The notes: generated by a model not told the origin, from the sequence alone. A stretch of DNA of 64,000 bases from Spongospora subterranea f. sp. subterranea (GCA_049724395.1 JAUGWO010000069.1:1-64000), one strand, 5' to 3'; counted from the first letter of the stretch, positions 23,084 to 37,028 are shown. Translations and numbers: made by a program.

Positions 23084-24874
23084 TTATATCTCCAGCATGT
23101 CTCGTTTATATTGGGCGAGAACTCGGTCCATATGCTGAATCCTCAGCTCCTTCGACTCGAGCTGATTTCGTAGCGTGGCGATCAACCCGTCTTTATTCGC
23201 CATGGCCGCTCTAACTCTGGACTCGACCTCGCTCATCTCCGACGATCGCCTCTCTTCACATTCAGCAATCTGTTTTTGCAAACCATCCAGTATCTTCCCG
23301 GTTTCCTGTGCGGCTTGCTGGATTCGGCCTTCAGCAACGGCAGCTTTTTCTGCACACTCCGTTTCACATGCTTTCAAACGCTCTTTCCATTTCTGTTCGT
23401 CCACAGACCGATCCGCCTCTATTCGGGATAGCTTTAACTCAAGTTCCTCTTTTCGCTTTGTCAATCGCTGGATATTTTCGTTGATTTCTGTGGAGTTTTG
23501 TTTGAATTGTTCTTGGCCTATGCAGGCTTCACGATAAAGTTCTGTCAAACGTTCGTGGCGCGTTCTCCACCCCATCTCAGCGTCTTCCATTTTTTTCCTC
23601 AGGGCCTCACATGCCGTCTTCATCTGACTCTCATGCAGTCGCTCAGATGCAGTCGCTTCAGCGCTGAACTTCTCCACGACCAGTTCGATCTGCTGATTTC
23701 TTTCAATGACCGTTTTTTCTCGAAACGCTTTGTCTCTGGCCACTGCGTCTTTCTCGTGGCGTTCTCGCAAGTCCTTAGCTCGTTCCTCTAGTTCCACCCG
23801 CATTCTCTCTTTTGCCTTGGCTAATTCCATGCTCGCTCTTCGCCTCACCTTTTCGACTTCTTCTTGTCGTTCGACGTCGACTGCCGCCAATCTCTCATCC
23901 GATCTGGATTGCGCTTTTTTCAGTTCCTTCTCGAAATCATCCTGATCCTTTCGCCGTTCTTCCATCCAGCGTGCTCGTTCGCTCTCGAATTCTTTCAGCA
24001 TGGCCTCCTTTGACTTCCTGACGTCCTCCTCGTTTTTATGAGATAGTTCGATATTTTCTCTCATTCGATCCTGTTCCAGTTTGAACAACTGCTCATCGAA
24101 CTCCTTTGTCATTGCGTTCTTTGTGTTTTGCACGCGAGTCGACGCATCTCTGTTCATCATCGCCTTCAAGGTCGCTATCTCCTTTTCGTGCCGTTCGGTC
24201 AGTTCTCTCATCGTTCGGCTATGCCGACTTTCGTTATTGGCCAATTTCCCATTAATCTCATTGTTTAAGCTGGCTCTAATCACTTCTTGTTTCTCTTTGG
24301 CCCAAAGCGTTCGCCGCATTCGCTCATTCTCTCCCCATTCCTTCTTGAGCTTTTCAATCCGCGCCTTGAAGGCCTTCTCTCTTTCAACGGCCTGAGTTTC
24401 GCTCAGTTGTCGCGCCGCTTCTGCCAGTCGATATTGCCCCTCGGCCTTCTCAGTTAGACTTTTTTTATCTTCCAATAATTGATCGACGAATTGCAATTGC
24501 CTTTGCATCGCGTTCTCATACTCAATCTTCTGGTCGTGCATCAGTTTGGTCAGGCGCTCATTGGCCTGTTCCAACTCCGACGCCTTCGATTTCTTCGACT
24601 TTTCCAACGATAGCTCCAGCGTGGCGATCTTCCCTTTATTGCGTTTGTCTTCAAGTCTCATCGCCACAAGTTGGGATTTGATCTTATCGATCACGGTCTC
24701 GGCTTTCAGCTTCTCGATCGGCTCTACTTTCGCCACCGCTGCCGGCTCGACGGGCCGATTTCCATTCTGATTTTCGGCGCATTCGTCCAGGAACGACAGT
24801 ATCGACCGAACCTTCTGGTTCTGGTTATATTGTCCTGGGCCATAGCTCTCCTGTAATATCATATTCAACTCCAT
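23084..24874 (-). CDS. CEP131: Centrosomal coiled-coil protein, CEP131/AZI1-like
   Basis: Long coiled coil with QRQLQFVDQLLEDKKSLTEK and VESRVRAAMANKD..IATLRNQLE. Confidence 0.75.
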   Translation of the reverse strand: MELNMILQESYGPGQYNQNQKVRSILSFLDECAENQNGNRPVEPAAVAKVEPIEKLKAETVIDKIKSQLVAMRLEDKRNKGKIATLELSLEKSKKSKASELEQANERLTKLMHDQKIEYENAMQRQLQFVDQLLEDKKSLTEKAEGQYRLAEAARQLSETQAVEREKAFKARIEKLKKEWGENERMRRTLWAKEKQEVIRASLNNEINGKLANNESRHSRTMRELTERHEKEIATLKAMMNRDASTRVQNTKNAMTKEFDEQLFKLEQDRMRENIELSHKNEEDVRKSKEAMLKEFESERARWMEERRKDQDDFEKELKKAQSRSDERLAAVDVERQEEVEKVRRRASMELAKAKERMRVELEERAKDLRERHEKDAVARDKAFREKTVIERNQQIELVVEKFSAEATASERLHESQMKTACEALRKKMEDAEMGWRTRHERLTELYREACIGQEQFKQNSTEINENIQRLTKRKEELELKLSRIEADRSVDEQKWKERLKACETECAEKAAVAEGRIQQAAQETGKILDGLQKQIAECEERRSSEMSEVESRVRAAMANKDGLIATLRNQLESKELRIQHMDRVLAQYKRDMLEI

Positions 24875-26312
24875 GACGAATGGCCCAGCCAAAGTCGGGT
24901 GGCGTGGCGCCAAGGGCGACGAGCTACTCTAATATATCGCTATGTGACTGATTGACTAGTTCCTCAATCACATTATCCATGTATATCGGAGTCCGATACA
25001 TTGGCCAGATCAATCATTCCCATAGCAAATGTCGTTGTTGTCGATCAAATGATATAGCAAACTGGACTATATTACCGGCAGGATCAGCTCGACCGCGCCA
25101 CTGGGAAAAGCCGAGACGAAAAATTGCTGATTTGAAAAGTGATTTGGAGGCAAAATTTACTGGGCACGAGACCGTATTTGAAAAAATTTTACAGTCTATA
25201 TTGCTACTTTGCCCTGCGATCTAAAGCGTGAGCCCGAACACATTCTGAGAGTTTTCTGAACTGTTGCTCGCACGACCCTTTCGTGATTCTATCGAGATGA
25301 TCGACAGCACATTTCCCATAGGCGGCGGCCTGACACAACAATATCGGTTCATGCATTGAATGGGACAAGAGAACGCAGCTCCTGTACTACCTCGGGCCGA
25401 CAAGCGAGAAACGCTGCCCCCAGACGACGAACAAGCTGGGGTGGACGATCTACGCCAGACATGTTATTTATAATTGCCTGATTGGCCAACTGACGGCTGT
25501 CAACAACAGGTTGCGCCCCAGCCCAGAAGTTACGGAATTTGCACAACTTTCGCTGGAATTTCCTGTTCGATTTTTAATTGATGATTTGATGAGAGATCTG
25601 TGCGGCTTTTAGTGGGCAATGGTCATGGGCTTTTTCAGAACCGACCATCACCCGTGGATACCGCTATTTGTCTGCCGTTCACGACGCAGTTTCCCTGGTT
25701 TATCAGTCGGAACCTGGAATTCCAAATATAATGGGACCCGGGTCCAGTGGTATCATCCGCGCATATCTCACATTGATATTTATGCGCAATTCGCAGCAAA
25801 TCATCACGACGGGGTCTCAGAATTTGGGGTTTTATGTTGTGTTCTTTAAGGGTCATGGAACAAATTTGAGGTTTGAACAGTAGCGATCCATCAAATACCA
25901 TAACGACGACCCCGTCGTCCAACGGGGTAAGTTTACCGTTCACCAACGAAGAGGACTAACTAAGCAACAATATCAGTATCCAAATAGTTTTTCGATCTGC
26001 CGCGCCGAGGCAAGAGCGACGAATCAGCCGACATTTCAACTACTTTGTACGGCGGTGTCATCCATTGTCGATTCGGATATAGATAGCATTTACCGGCAGG
26101 ATGCAATCCCCAATCATCGCTTAACAAAAAGAAGTTGCTTATGAATGCAGCGGCGTCCTGCGTTCCTGTATCTGTCATTTTCTTTTATTCCACATTTCGC
26201 GAACCCTATCCTGCTCAATCCTAAATCCAAGTTTTAGGGCTGCAACGTCCTAACCTATGTATACGGATCGATATATCTTGAAAACACTCTATGTCGTAAT
26301 ACACTACAATTC

Positions 26313-26888
26313 TTATAAAAATATCGCATCTTTATTGATATCAACGCGCCCTTGTTCTCTCTCGAATATCTCCATGCAATGCATACACCTCTCTACCGCT
26401 TCAAGTCTGTTGGCCAAGTAATTACGATGATGAACCTCTAGGTCCATTCTGGATCGCCATCGCTCTTCAATCAACAATTCATTCTCGATCCGCTGACGCA
26501 GCTTTTTCTCAGATTCCGAGTTTTTAAAAGTAAGATCATCGATAATGACGGCGTATTTGGCATTCTCTCTCTCTTTATGCTCGGAATGATCTCTGACCAT
26601 GGTCCTGAGATTCCTTTTGAGGCGATTGATTTCCTTCAACTGCTCCTTAATGATGTGATCTTTTGTCCCAATGGCCACAGATGGCGGCCGTTCCTCACTA
26701 GTCGACGATAAGCAAATTTGCATAAGATGTTCCTGTTCTTCACAGATTAGAACGTTCAATTGGGCGATTTCCTGCAATATAGTTCCGGGGTCGAGCTGTT
26801 CGATATTGTTTTTGCTGATGTCGGAAGGAATAGAAAAATGACCTTGTTGCTGAATTCTCTTGATGATGTCCCGAGCGCCATGACCCAT
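26313..26888 (-). CDS. Hypothetical coiled-coil protein, 5' end uncertain
   Basis: 191-aa ORF with heptad-like charged composition. Confidence 0.5.
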   Translation of the reverse strand: MGHGARDIIKRIQQQGHFSIPSDISKNNIEQLDPGTILQEIAQLNVLICEEQEHLMQICLSSTSEERPPSVAIGTKDHIIKEQLKEINRLKRNLRTMVRDHSEHKERENAKYAVIIDDLTFKNSESEKKLRQRIENELLIEERWRSRMDLEVHHRNYLANRLEAVERCMHCMEIFEREQGRVDINKDAIFL

Positions 26889-28143
26889 TAATGCGGCCTG
26901 GTTGGTTTATCCTGGACAGATGTCTAACACTGGTTGCTCACCGGGATCATTTTCTTGTTCTCGGCCATGTCGACAGAAAATCTGGTCGAATCGGTAGGAA
27001 CTCCAAGGGTTAAGTCTCAAGTCCGACCTTTCGACTTGGGTATAATTCGTTGCGACAATGAATGACGTCTGAAAGATGCTTAACATGTCGTTCAGCCGAA
27101 TTGTACGAGTTGGTGCAGTGTCAAAAAAACCATAAAAACTGAAAAGGTCTGATCTTCGAATGTCTCAATGAAACTCTAGAGGTGCCTATTCTACTTTACT
27201 CAGCCCAAGGTGACCAATCACAGCGGAATGGGCGCGAAACCTCTTTCATCACGGAGGGCATTGTAGCTTTTTGAAGCGAGACGCAAGAGGAAAGATAAAG
27301 TTCTACAGTTGCCTCTGGGGAGCTAAAACGCCGGGGAACGTTATTGAGACGTGCAGGCAACGTCCGGCAAAGTGTTGAAAGTCTCCAAACTGAAAGTTCG
27401 ATGCGAGTTGAAGAGTCGCATTGCCCGGCAGCAGAAGCAGCACTTTCATTGCGAAATTTGAATACCGCTTACTCAGCAAGGCTGGATGCAGGTGTTGCCA
27501 ATGACCGTCGAATCGACATCCACACTAGGAACGAGCAAATAGAGACATCAATAGTGTTGAATCGTTAGACATGGTTCAAGCGTGACTTTTATTCATTATT
27601 TAAAGGAAAAAATTTTGGTCGGGCGATAAAACTATGGCAAATACAGACGCAGTACCGCAGAACATCTAGCTCAAATGTGCAGTGGTACAGCTGGCGAATA
27701 CACAGTGATCTGTGTGTCATCAACAGTGGTATCAACTGCACTGTCACGTTAGGTTAGACTGTTACCCGATTATTGAAAGTAACGCCATATTGCCACTTGT
27801 AGTATCAGGGGCTGTGCATGTGGAATAGAACTCGTATTGGCACACAATTTCATACAATAAGGGCTATAAAAGTTGCCCAGCTTTTGTTAAATGTTGCTTT
27901 TAAAGGTTTTCATAGCGCTTTTGAATAAAGCGATCTGTTAAAAAGCGGGACATTTTTGTGATTACTGTATTTCCGCTCATGTTTGTCGTGACCCAGTACA
28001 TACGTACAGCTGTCTGACTGCAGCCTCCAAATACAGTGCCTCAAGTCAGTAAAACTCGACGATGATAACTTTTCAATCTCAAACAAAGAGCACCAGAGGT
28101 ATGGTCGTTAGTACATAATAGCAAGTGTGCATCACCCCCTGCG

Positions 28144-29240
28144 ATGACCTCAGCCAATGAAAACATCATCAAGGTCACGAGGGATACCTTAACTCCCGCG
28201 TTAGCCGAAGCTATCGCCGATCTGGGAAGACAGTCAGCAAAAAGCCAAGGTCTGCCTGTTCCCATAACCACTATAGATAAACTACACACATCCGCAGATC
28301 ATGTTTATTTATGTCAGCTGAGGTGATTTTTTACATCGATGCTATATTTTATTTTCCATCTTCAGAGTTTCATTTTCGTTTTTTCAGGTCCGGGTCGCAG
28401 CTGAGGTTCGGCGGAATTCTTCGTGTCGGAACCAGAAAACTTTATCTTTATGATTCAGTTGCAGTTTTGCATGAAGTCGAGCCGTACTGCTGCTTAGATT
28501 TCTATGTGCATGAAAGTTTACGACGACAAGGTGTGGGACAACGCCTATTCCATGAGATGTTGAATCAGGAGAAGCTGGCATCGCCAGGCCAAATGGCGTT
28601 TGACAAACCATCGTCAAACGCCTTCTCATTTCTCGCTGGTTGCTTCAATTTACACCAGACAATCGAGCAATCCAACAATTTTGTCATTTTTTCAGAGTTT
28701 TTCCCTGGAACCAAGCCAATGTTACTTGGCAAACATGTCCGACGTGCACACCAAACTGTTGCGAAATCACACTATGATTCTTCACTTGTAGCATCGCTTT
28801 TATCATCAGGAAGCGGTATCATGCAGCCATCAATTCATGATTCACGGCAACATGACCTGGCTACAGTTGATGAATCATCAATGATAAAACTATCCACTTC
28901 AGAGTGTTGCCCGCCTTCTCCTGTCCAGGAGGGCAAGCAGGAATCTAGTAAATCGTCAGAAGACATGGAACTCTTAAAAACTACCGAAGAAAATTTGCGG
29001 TTTATAAATCGGAAAATCGAGGAAAGAGAGATATTGATTAGGAAAATGGAACGGCAACTTCAGGAGTATGACGATGATTCGCCTGGGTACCAGTGCAACA
29101 GAATAGGGTATCAAAGTTCTTTTTTGATGAACATGCAGTTTCTAAAAATCATTGCTCTGTATCATTAGGAAGGACGGATTTAGTAAAACCGAAGTTATTC
29201 GCAAAGTTCACGGCGCCAAAAAAATGTCTGGATCTCGTTA
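28144..29240 (+). CDS. ATAT1: Alpha-tubulin N-acetyltransferase (MEC-17 family)
   Basis: LGRQSAKSQGLPVPITT, GILRVGTRKLYLYD, LDFYVHESLRRQGVG, AFDKPS, QSNNFVIFSEFF. Intron at about 28323-28388. The 3' end is either 29168 or, after a second intron, 29240. Confidence 0.92.
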
Positions 29241-29831
29241 ATCGCAGTGTTTCCCCGGCTAGTGTTGGTTTGGGCACGAAACGGAAATCAGTTCTGATTA
29301 TTTCCTACTCTCAAAGTAATATACAAAGTTTTTTTTATTACATTTGGAGTAGCAGGTGCGTTTTGACCAGGATGCAGGTTATTTATCAGAAATTATGCAA
29401 GGATGTGTTTAATATTCGTCAAATGACTTCAAGGAATGTGCCAAAAACTGTTGTCTTTGACGTACATTACTTTGCCGTGGTGGAAATGTAATTTCCAATG
29501 ACTGTACAACAATGACGCAACCACCATTGCTACGGAAACCTGCACAGAAGTAATAATCCAGGAAATGTCTGTGACTCACCATTTGTCCCCATGATGGAAA
29601 GCAGCCTGCCATGTGTTTGGGAGCAGTCCCCACGCCTCTGTCCTGGTTTTGGGCTGCAGACTCCTGTCACCAATGACTGCCTGCCAAATCCTCTCTGACT
29701 GGGTGGCGCTGAGTGTGATGCCAACCCGGTCCCAGTGAACTGGATTTAGCATTCTCAGACAACACCGGTTCGCTTGTTGGTATTGTAGGATTAGGTTGTC
29801 GAAATAGGGCGGCGTCTCTTGATCGCACACG

Positions 29832-30975
29832 ATGGGAGCGTGTATGTCCCAGGGATCGTCCGAAAATAAAACCAAAGACAACAACGAAAAAATGGCGTCG
29901 AAAAAGATCGAGGAGCAGAATATGGAAGAGCAGATCGCTGAGCAGGCGATCAAGAAGCTACTGCTCTTGGGGGCCGGTGAATCCGGTAAATCGACGTTGT
30001 TTAAGCAGATGATTACGTTGTACGGGAAAGGTTATAGCGAGGAAGACCGCAAGAGCTATACCCATATCGTCTACAATAATACTATTTCTGCCATGAAAAT
30101 CCTGGTCAAATATTCCGAAGAACTCGATGCGGAATTGGACACAAGAGTGCGACCTGAAGCAGTTACCGCCAAAACATTTATCGATCAGTGCAAAACAGAA
30201 ATAGATATCGACCCAGCTGTCGCCGAACACATCAAGATGTTGTGGGCGGACAAGGGCATTCAGAATGCCTACGACAATCGCGCCAAATTCCAATTGCCCG
30301 ATTCGGCCCAATACTTTTTTGACAGAATTTCGGTCGTTTCTCAGCCGAATTATATTCCTGACGAACAAGATGTTCTTCGATCGCGTGTCCGAACTACCGG
30401 TATCGTCGAGACCGAGTTCATCATCGAGTCAAACCGATTCAAAATGTTCGATGTCGGCGGGCAGAGAAATGAACGGAAAAAATGGAGTACGTTGATTCAC
30501 TCTATAATTGAATCAATTTGGAAGAATTTATTTGCATTGTTGTACAGTTCACTGTTTTGAGAATGTTACGGCCGTTATATTCGTTGCGGCGATGAGTGAG
30601 TACGACCAGGTTCTGTACGAGGACGAAACTACAAACCGTATGACGGAGGCTCTGAATCTATTCGACGAGATCTGCAACTCGCGCTGGTTTCGAGAGACGT
30701 CAATGATTCTTTTCCTCAACAAACGGGATTTGTTTGCAGAAAAAATCAAGAAGGTGCAACTCAGCGTCTGTTTCCCGGAATTCACCGGCACCAACGATTT
30801 CGAGACGGCATCCGCTTTCTTGGAAGAGATGTTTCGGGGGAAAAACCAAACGCCTGAGAAGGAAGTCTACTCCCACGTCACATGTGCAACGGATACCAAT
30901 AATATTGCACATGTGTTCAACGCCGTTAAAGATATCATTATAAGAAAGAGCTTACGGGAAGGTGGTCTCATGTGA
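29832..30975 (+). CDS. Heterotrimeric G protein alpha subunit
   Basis: MGACMS lipidation motif, [28 protein letters not shown]. One intron at 30487-30547. Confidence 0.98.
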
Positions 30976-31133
30976 TCATCGTTTTAGTACTTTTTGTCTA
31001 CTGTACACCAAATACAATGTCAACACGATCGTAATGGGTTCTCATAATAACGGCTCCCGTTTGGATCGAGTCTTATCCAGTCAATAAATAACCTCTCAAA
31101 CGGGCCGTTTTGTCAAATCCAAGAAAAAATGTA

Positions 31134-31730
31134 TTAGCTCTGTCGTACACGGCTGTAGCGATCGCGTTGGTGTTTCTTCCGGTAAATGATGAACATCAGA
31201 CTGCAGACGAATAGGGTCGCCATAAACGCCTACGACGGGATGAACCAGAGCCAATAGAGAATAATAAAAAAGATCATCGAGGTTGGGATTACTTACGAGA
31301 TCAAAATCACAGAAAATTTAGGAAAAAATCATATACGAAAATCATGAATTTCAAATTGACATATCACCTGAAAAAACCAGAAAGAGACGCTATCTGGAGT
31401 ATATTCACATGGCAAGTGAAATATAGCCAGGGAATCTATACATTGATATGATTGTCGTGCCATTCCATGTTGACACCAAGTCTAATCCAGTCAAAATCGT
31501 TGAACGGCGACGATGCCGAAATCCGGTGCCAAATATACCTGAGACATTTCTGCTGGGTCGCATAATGAGCAATCACCAATAGGAGAATATGATGCACATG
31601 GGGCTGCAAACGGATCTGGCTCTGGTGATTGTTCGCTGACGTTGTCCTCACCATGAGCGAGTACCAACACCAGCCACAATATTGTGATTGGTCGCTGGTG
31701 CATTTGGCGTAATGCAACGGGGACGGCCAT
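31134..31730 (-). CDS. Small type-I membrane protein, JTB (jumping translocation breakpoint)-like
   Basis: Spliced product: signal peptide, six-Cys ectodomain (CASYSPIGDCSLC..WC..QC..PC), FWFFQAFMATLFVCSLMFIIY transmembrane helix, basic tail RKKHQRDRYSRVRQS. Two introns. Confidence 0.6.
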
Positions 31731-32583
31731 GGCATTCACGGACCATCATATGTTCGATGAGAACGGGGTCCTTGCTGACTCAAATCCAGTTGCAATATTC
31801 AATATTCAGTGACCATGAGCGAGTTAGGTGGATGGTAGCACAACTGAAGAGGCGAAGAGATCATTATTCCCTCCTGACATCATTGAAACAACACTGCTTT
31901 TGTGTTTTAGGGCCTCACATCTCCGTGTTTTCAAACTGTTTTGTTTAACGTATGCGTGGTGAGAAAAGAGATTTGCCTTTATCAAATGTTATTCAAAGTT
32001 ATTGTTCATCACGCAGTTGGCTGGACTTGTCATGCGTCCATGCCAGCTGACGTGAACCAAAACTCGACACCCATTATGCACAAAACGCGAGTTCATCTAT
32101 TGCTTGTTTATCACCTCACCAAACAGTTATCAAACTGTTGAAAGAAAAACGTGACGATAGGCGACACCGAAAAATAAAAACGCATTGAGCGACGCCATTA
32201 GTTTGCTGATCAGTTCGCAACAGAATGCGACTGGTTCCATGCTGTTGTTAGAAGAGCTGAGGGGAAAAAGAGAGAAAGAGAGGAGGAAAGAGAGGTGACA
32301 AGAATGTGGGTGGGAAGACGGTGCCATCGCAAACGGGCAAATAAATGAATGATTTATTATAAGTCATAGATCCAAGACGCACGTGATCACGCGCCTAGCC
32401 ATCACTCATGACGCACCCGTCGGGGTGTGGCCGGAAGGAACAGGGTTTGATATTTAACAGTCTGGCACAGCAGTTCTAATGAGCAGCTCTCAAGCACTAA
32501 TTTTTAGCAACACGAAGTGCCTCAAACAGGGGAAATTTCAGCAACAACCAAAGCGGTCCGGAAATTTCGATGATCAATAATAG

Positions 32584-34443
32584 ACATTAGGGGATATCAA
32601 AGTTGACGATTCTGAGGCGCTTTCAAAAATCTTGCCGCGCCATAAGTCCGTAGCTCAAGACGGTCTATCCAAACGTGATAACACGGATCTTGCTCGCTCA
32701 CGGAACGTGTGCGAAAAGGCCCTAAAACTTCCGGCGCCCGTCGGAGTCTACACTTCTCGAGTTTCTGCTGATGGTCGAATTTGTAGAGATTTCTGAAAAT
32801 TTCAAATCGCTAATAACAGGAGGCCCGGCAAAGAGCAAGCCAATGCAGGCTGGGCAGAAACTCACCAAGATCGATGGATATCGGGCTTTGTCTGAATTTG
32901 TTAACAGCAAATTGATTGACGGCGAAGTCCGATGGTCGGATAGTGAAGGCAAATGTCGCTGGGAACCTTATCTCAGCCGGTACAAAACGACTTGTGCTCA
33001 GATTACTTCTCAAACAGGGTTCGGTTTAACCGAAAGAGATGAGGTTCAAGGAATCAGGACAATTAGCGATAAAGAGAATCGCATGTGTCCTTACTATTAA
33101 CGCTTGGATTCGCTTTTCGGCACCAGGCAGAACTTTCAACCTTCTGTAATCTCTGAAGTAGGGATTGGCGGTGTCAGTGATGATTTTTTCAACACCCCCC
33201 CTTGTTTTTCTCCAAGAAATCAGCCAAGACGCAAGTGCTGATGAATCTCCGGGTATCGACGGCAGCAATGCATCATTCGAAGAATCCGACAATGATTTCA
33301 TTGAGCGTGTCACTTCCGGCTAGACCAGAGTATAATTGGTAAGAGATGACCAACAAAATTCCAACACCCCCTCTTCCTCTTCCTAAAGCATTACTTTCAG
33401 AATTGGATGCGCAATTTTCGCCTAGACCGAACCATCCAAAACGGGCTCGTTTGATGCCAGATTTAAAGACGTTTCCAGTTAAAGAGCCAGCTGGAAAAGG
33501 CACCCCGAAAGTCGCCAAAAAAGGTTGATGCTGTTGCAAGCTTTTCTGAAATCTCAGGGGAGGCTAACCATGCTGGAGGAAAAAAGGATGGAGCGGGATG
33601 AACAAAGACTGCTAAGAAAGAGCAAAGATTGACTCACAAACAGCGATTAGCGGTGGACGAGATTGCTTCGATTGATGACGGTGACAGCATCGACTTGGAG
33701 CGGATTGCCTATCCAGCGCGCTCTGTTCCGTTGTCTGTATCTCATTGAAGACAAGAAACTCAGCGCAGGGTTGCTGAGTTCTCGTCTTAAAAATTCTCAT
33801 CCAATAATGTGTCTCTTTTAGCCTGCAGTTGGTTGATTGAACACCATCTCGAGAATTTCAGATATCTTCTCCACAGGAGTTCCAGAACTGACTAAGTTCC
33901 CAACGAAGGCGGCTGTAGAGTTGTGTGTGGCCGTAACCTTCGCCGCTTCTTCCTTGCGTACTTCCAGCTCGAGCTTGCGTTTTTTAACTCCAACTCTTGA
34001 GCCAATCTTTGCTCTTCTATTAGCGTCTTTGTTCCTCCCGTTTCATCCTTTTCTCTCCAGCATGGTTAGCCTCCTTTGAGATTCAATAAAGCATGCAACA
34101 GCATCAACCTTTTTGGCGACTTTCGGGGTGCCTTTTCCAGCTGGCTCTTAACTGAAAACTGTTTCAAATCTTGTATCAAACGAGCCCGCTTTTGATGGTC
34201 CCGTCTAGGCGAAAATTGCGCATCCAATTCTGAAAGTAATGCTTTAAGAGAAGGAAGAGGGGGTGTTGGGGTTTTATTGGACATCTCTTACCAATTATAC
34301 TCTGGTCTAGCCGGAAGTGACACGCTCAATGAAATCATTGTCGGATTCTTCGAATGATGCATTGCTGCCGTCGATACCCGGAGATTCATCAGCACAGCTC
34401 TCAAGGTAAGCGCCAAAATGCGCAACTTTGATATCCCTAATGT
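32584..34443. mobile_element. Non-autonomous PIF/Harbinger-like element with terminal inverted repeats and a pseudogenised Myb/SANT-like accessory ORF
   Basis: TIRs acattagggg-atatcaaagttg (32584-32605) and caactttgatat-ccctaatgt (34423-34443). ORF 32771-33100 reads through a stop as NRMCPYY*RLDSLFGTRQNFQP, which I recognise as typical of Harbinger partner proteins. Confidence 0.65.
33235..34395. repeat. ~395-bp inverted repeat (33235-33631 vs 34003-34395)
   Basis: Direct reverse-complement alignment. Near-identical at the outer ends and more diverged toward the centre. Confidence 0.95.
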
Positions 34444-35414
34444 TTCTTTAGTTTCAATTTTCTCAAAGCAAATGTTGAGTATGTGTCAGAAGCCAGGCAA
34501 TTCGCCATTATTCAACTGAGGGTACTCACAAATATGATGGTGTTAAATTAATGAGCAGCTGACTCCTTGATTTGACCTTACTGAAGTCGGGTTAGATTCT
34601 TGTTGGCTGAACTGAACGAGCATGAATTTGGTGCGCCAAACGGCAATGTCATGTGGGATATTGAACGATTCACACAAAACTATGACATTAAATTACCTAC
34701 AGGATATCAGGGCGGTCGAAAGGTTTCAAGGGACCTGTTAACAATTGGTCAGTTTTCATATCAACCCAGTCATGACTCGAACACGCCAAGTGTTTTCTAA
34801 CAAGTCTAATTAATTCGTTCGTTGATCCGAGGCCCCGTTTCGGTTGTCATGATCCGTGGGTTTCGATGTACATTGTTGCGACGTGTGTTGGCGCTTTACC
34901 AGCCACGCTTACGATACTGTTTTCAGGTTTCACAGACGTGCTAACCCGGTGTGTTTATCAGGTACGAGTTGACCGAGACGTACGACATAAACCACCAAAT
35001 CATGAGTACTGTATCGACACTGCCCGGTCGAATCTGTATTACGGAACTCTTGACCAAGCAGTCTGGCATTTGAATAACAGTATCCACTGGGCGTACACCA
35101 AATTTCAACTTTCATTGAAATCGATTCTATAGTCAACATTATCGGCATTCCATAATCCTCGGTCGGCTGAGCCCTTCACTGCCCACTCTGTGCCCCTTTG
35201 CCCTTCAGCCAAAACAAAAAGTGCGTGAGTTTGGTTTACGGGGTGTCGTCAACTGTCAACACTGAACACTCACACATACAGGCTAAGTACTGTACAACGA
35301 TTAACAGCGCAGTTTTGTTGATTCCAGTACTGTCAATAGTTGGGCTGCGCGTAAATCCTGCGGACAGTTTGAGCTCGAAAACACTGGAATATCAGTGATT
35401 GGTTCATTCTGCCA

Positions 35415-37028
35415 ATGGGCTCCGGTTTGATCCTTTATGGTCTCGCGTCGATAGTCTCTGGAACTGGAGCCATTGCCCACGCCTTGATCACACGGAAACA
35501 GTTTTTCAATGCCGCTATCTATTTGACCACAGCCAAAGTTGACATATTGGTTTGTGGTTGTATCACCACGTGTACATCAACTCCATTTGAGAATTCTGTC
35601 CAGATTTTGGGAAACCTTGCTTGCTTGCTCACACTACTACTCGCCAAGGGTATTTTAAAAGCGTTTTTAGGGCGTTTACGTGGGTTCGAAGTCGAGGTAA
35701 GCGACGTCTGTCACTCTCCGATATCTTTTATTAATTCCTTTACAGAACCTTGTCGATAATGGCAAATATATGATCACGGAGACATGTTTGGCATTAACCA
35801 CGTTCCGTCAAGAAATCGACTTTTCAGGCGTTTTCCTTTTTGGCTCATTGTTGTTCTTAAAGTGTTTTCATTGGCTTCTAACATCCAGAATTGAACATGT
35901 CGGTTGTTTACTGCCTAGTATTGATAATATAACGGATTTATTTTTTATGCAGGTGGGAAGATCTCATTCTGTTAGTCCAGTAACACACATCAGGCTTGCT
36001 GTTCTTCTATGTTTTCTAGCGGTGTGCGATATTGTGCACATTTCGGCAATTGTATCGAGCGGTTCAATATTCTCTGTCATGTCGGGGCAATTGGTCTTAC
36101 CCACCGTTCACCTCTTGTTTGCTTTCGAGTTTACTATGTTGCTGTTAAGTCTCTTTGTTCTGGCATTACAGTACTTGATATTGATCATTGACACTCGATA
36201 TGATGGACAATGGGAACGCAAACCAGTTTTGACTTTTTATGTCGACATCATACATGACCTGATCCGCGTCTTCATGTATGCTGTTTTTTTCATCATCATT
36301 GGCGCTTATTTTGGAATTCCGCTACACCTTATTCGCGAACTCTACGTCGCTTTTCATACTTTCAAAGATCGATTGTCCAATTACATGCGCTACAAACGAC
36401 TAATGCGGAACCTGAATGAGCGCTTCCCGGACGCGACACCGGAACAGATCGCTGAACGTTCGGATGATCAATGCATTATCTGCCGTGAAGTGATGGTTTC
36501 CGGGAAAGCTCTTCCATGTTCTCATCTGTTCCATTTCCATTGCCTACGAACATGGTTAGAACGATCAAATACCTGCCCAATATGTCGAGCGGCCATTCCA
36601 GATTTGACCGAGGAGCGCCGGCCAATTCCAGCTCATCCGGTTGCTGCTCCTGTTCCCGCTCCTGTTGAAATTCCGCCCGTTGCGCGCACAACCCCAGGTA
36701 TTATAAGTGCTTTATCGAAACGTGTAATCGCCCAGCATGTTAATTGACGGATTTTGCCAGGAACGACATCGCTGCCAGAATCGATTCGAGTTGCTCACAG
36801 GTCGCTACTTCAAAAACAGACTCTCGCTGTGCAAAAACAGATCGATTTTCACAATCAGAATCTTCGTGAGTTATCATCAATCTTTGAACATGTACGGTTA
36901 TCTACAGTGTTTTTCAGTGACATTTTCTAAACATATTTTTTCAGCTGCTTGATATGCAACGGCAGTTGGAACTGATAGATGTTGCTGAAGACAACGAACC
37001 AGCCCAGGACGGCCAACTGTCCTCGTAG
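35415..37028 (+). CDS. HRD1: ERAD E3 ubiquitin ligase HRD1/synoviolin
   Basis: ITETCLALTTFR, LLFLKCFHWL, LLFAFEF, GIPLHLIRELY, and a RING-H2 CIICRE..LPCSHLFHFHCLRTWLERSNTCPICR. Five introns. Confidence 0.96.

Noticed and set aside
25221..26178. Chain of short minus-strand ORFs as one gene
   Set aside because: No recognisable motif and no convincing splice model. It may be a pseudogene.
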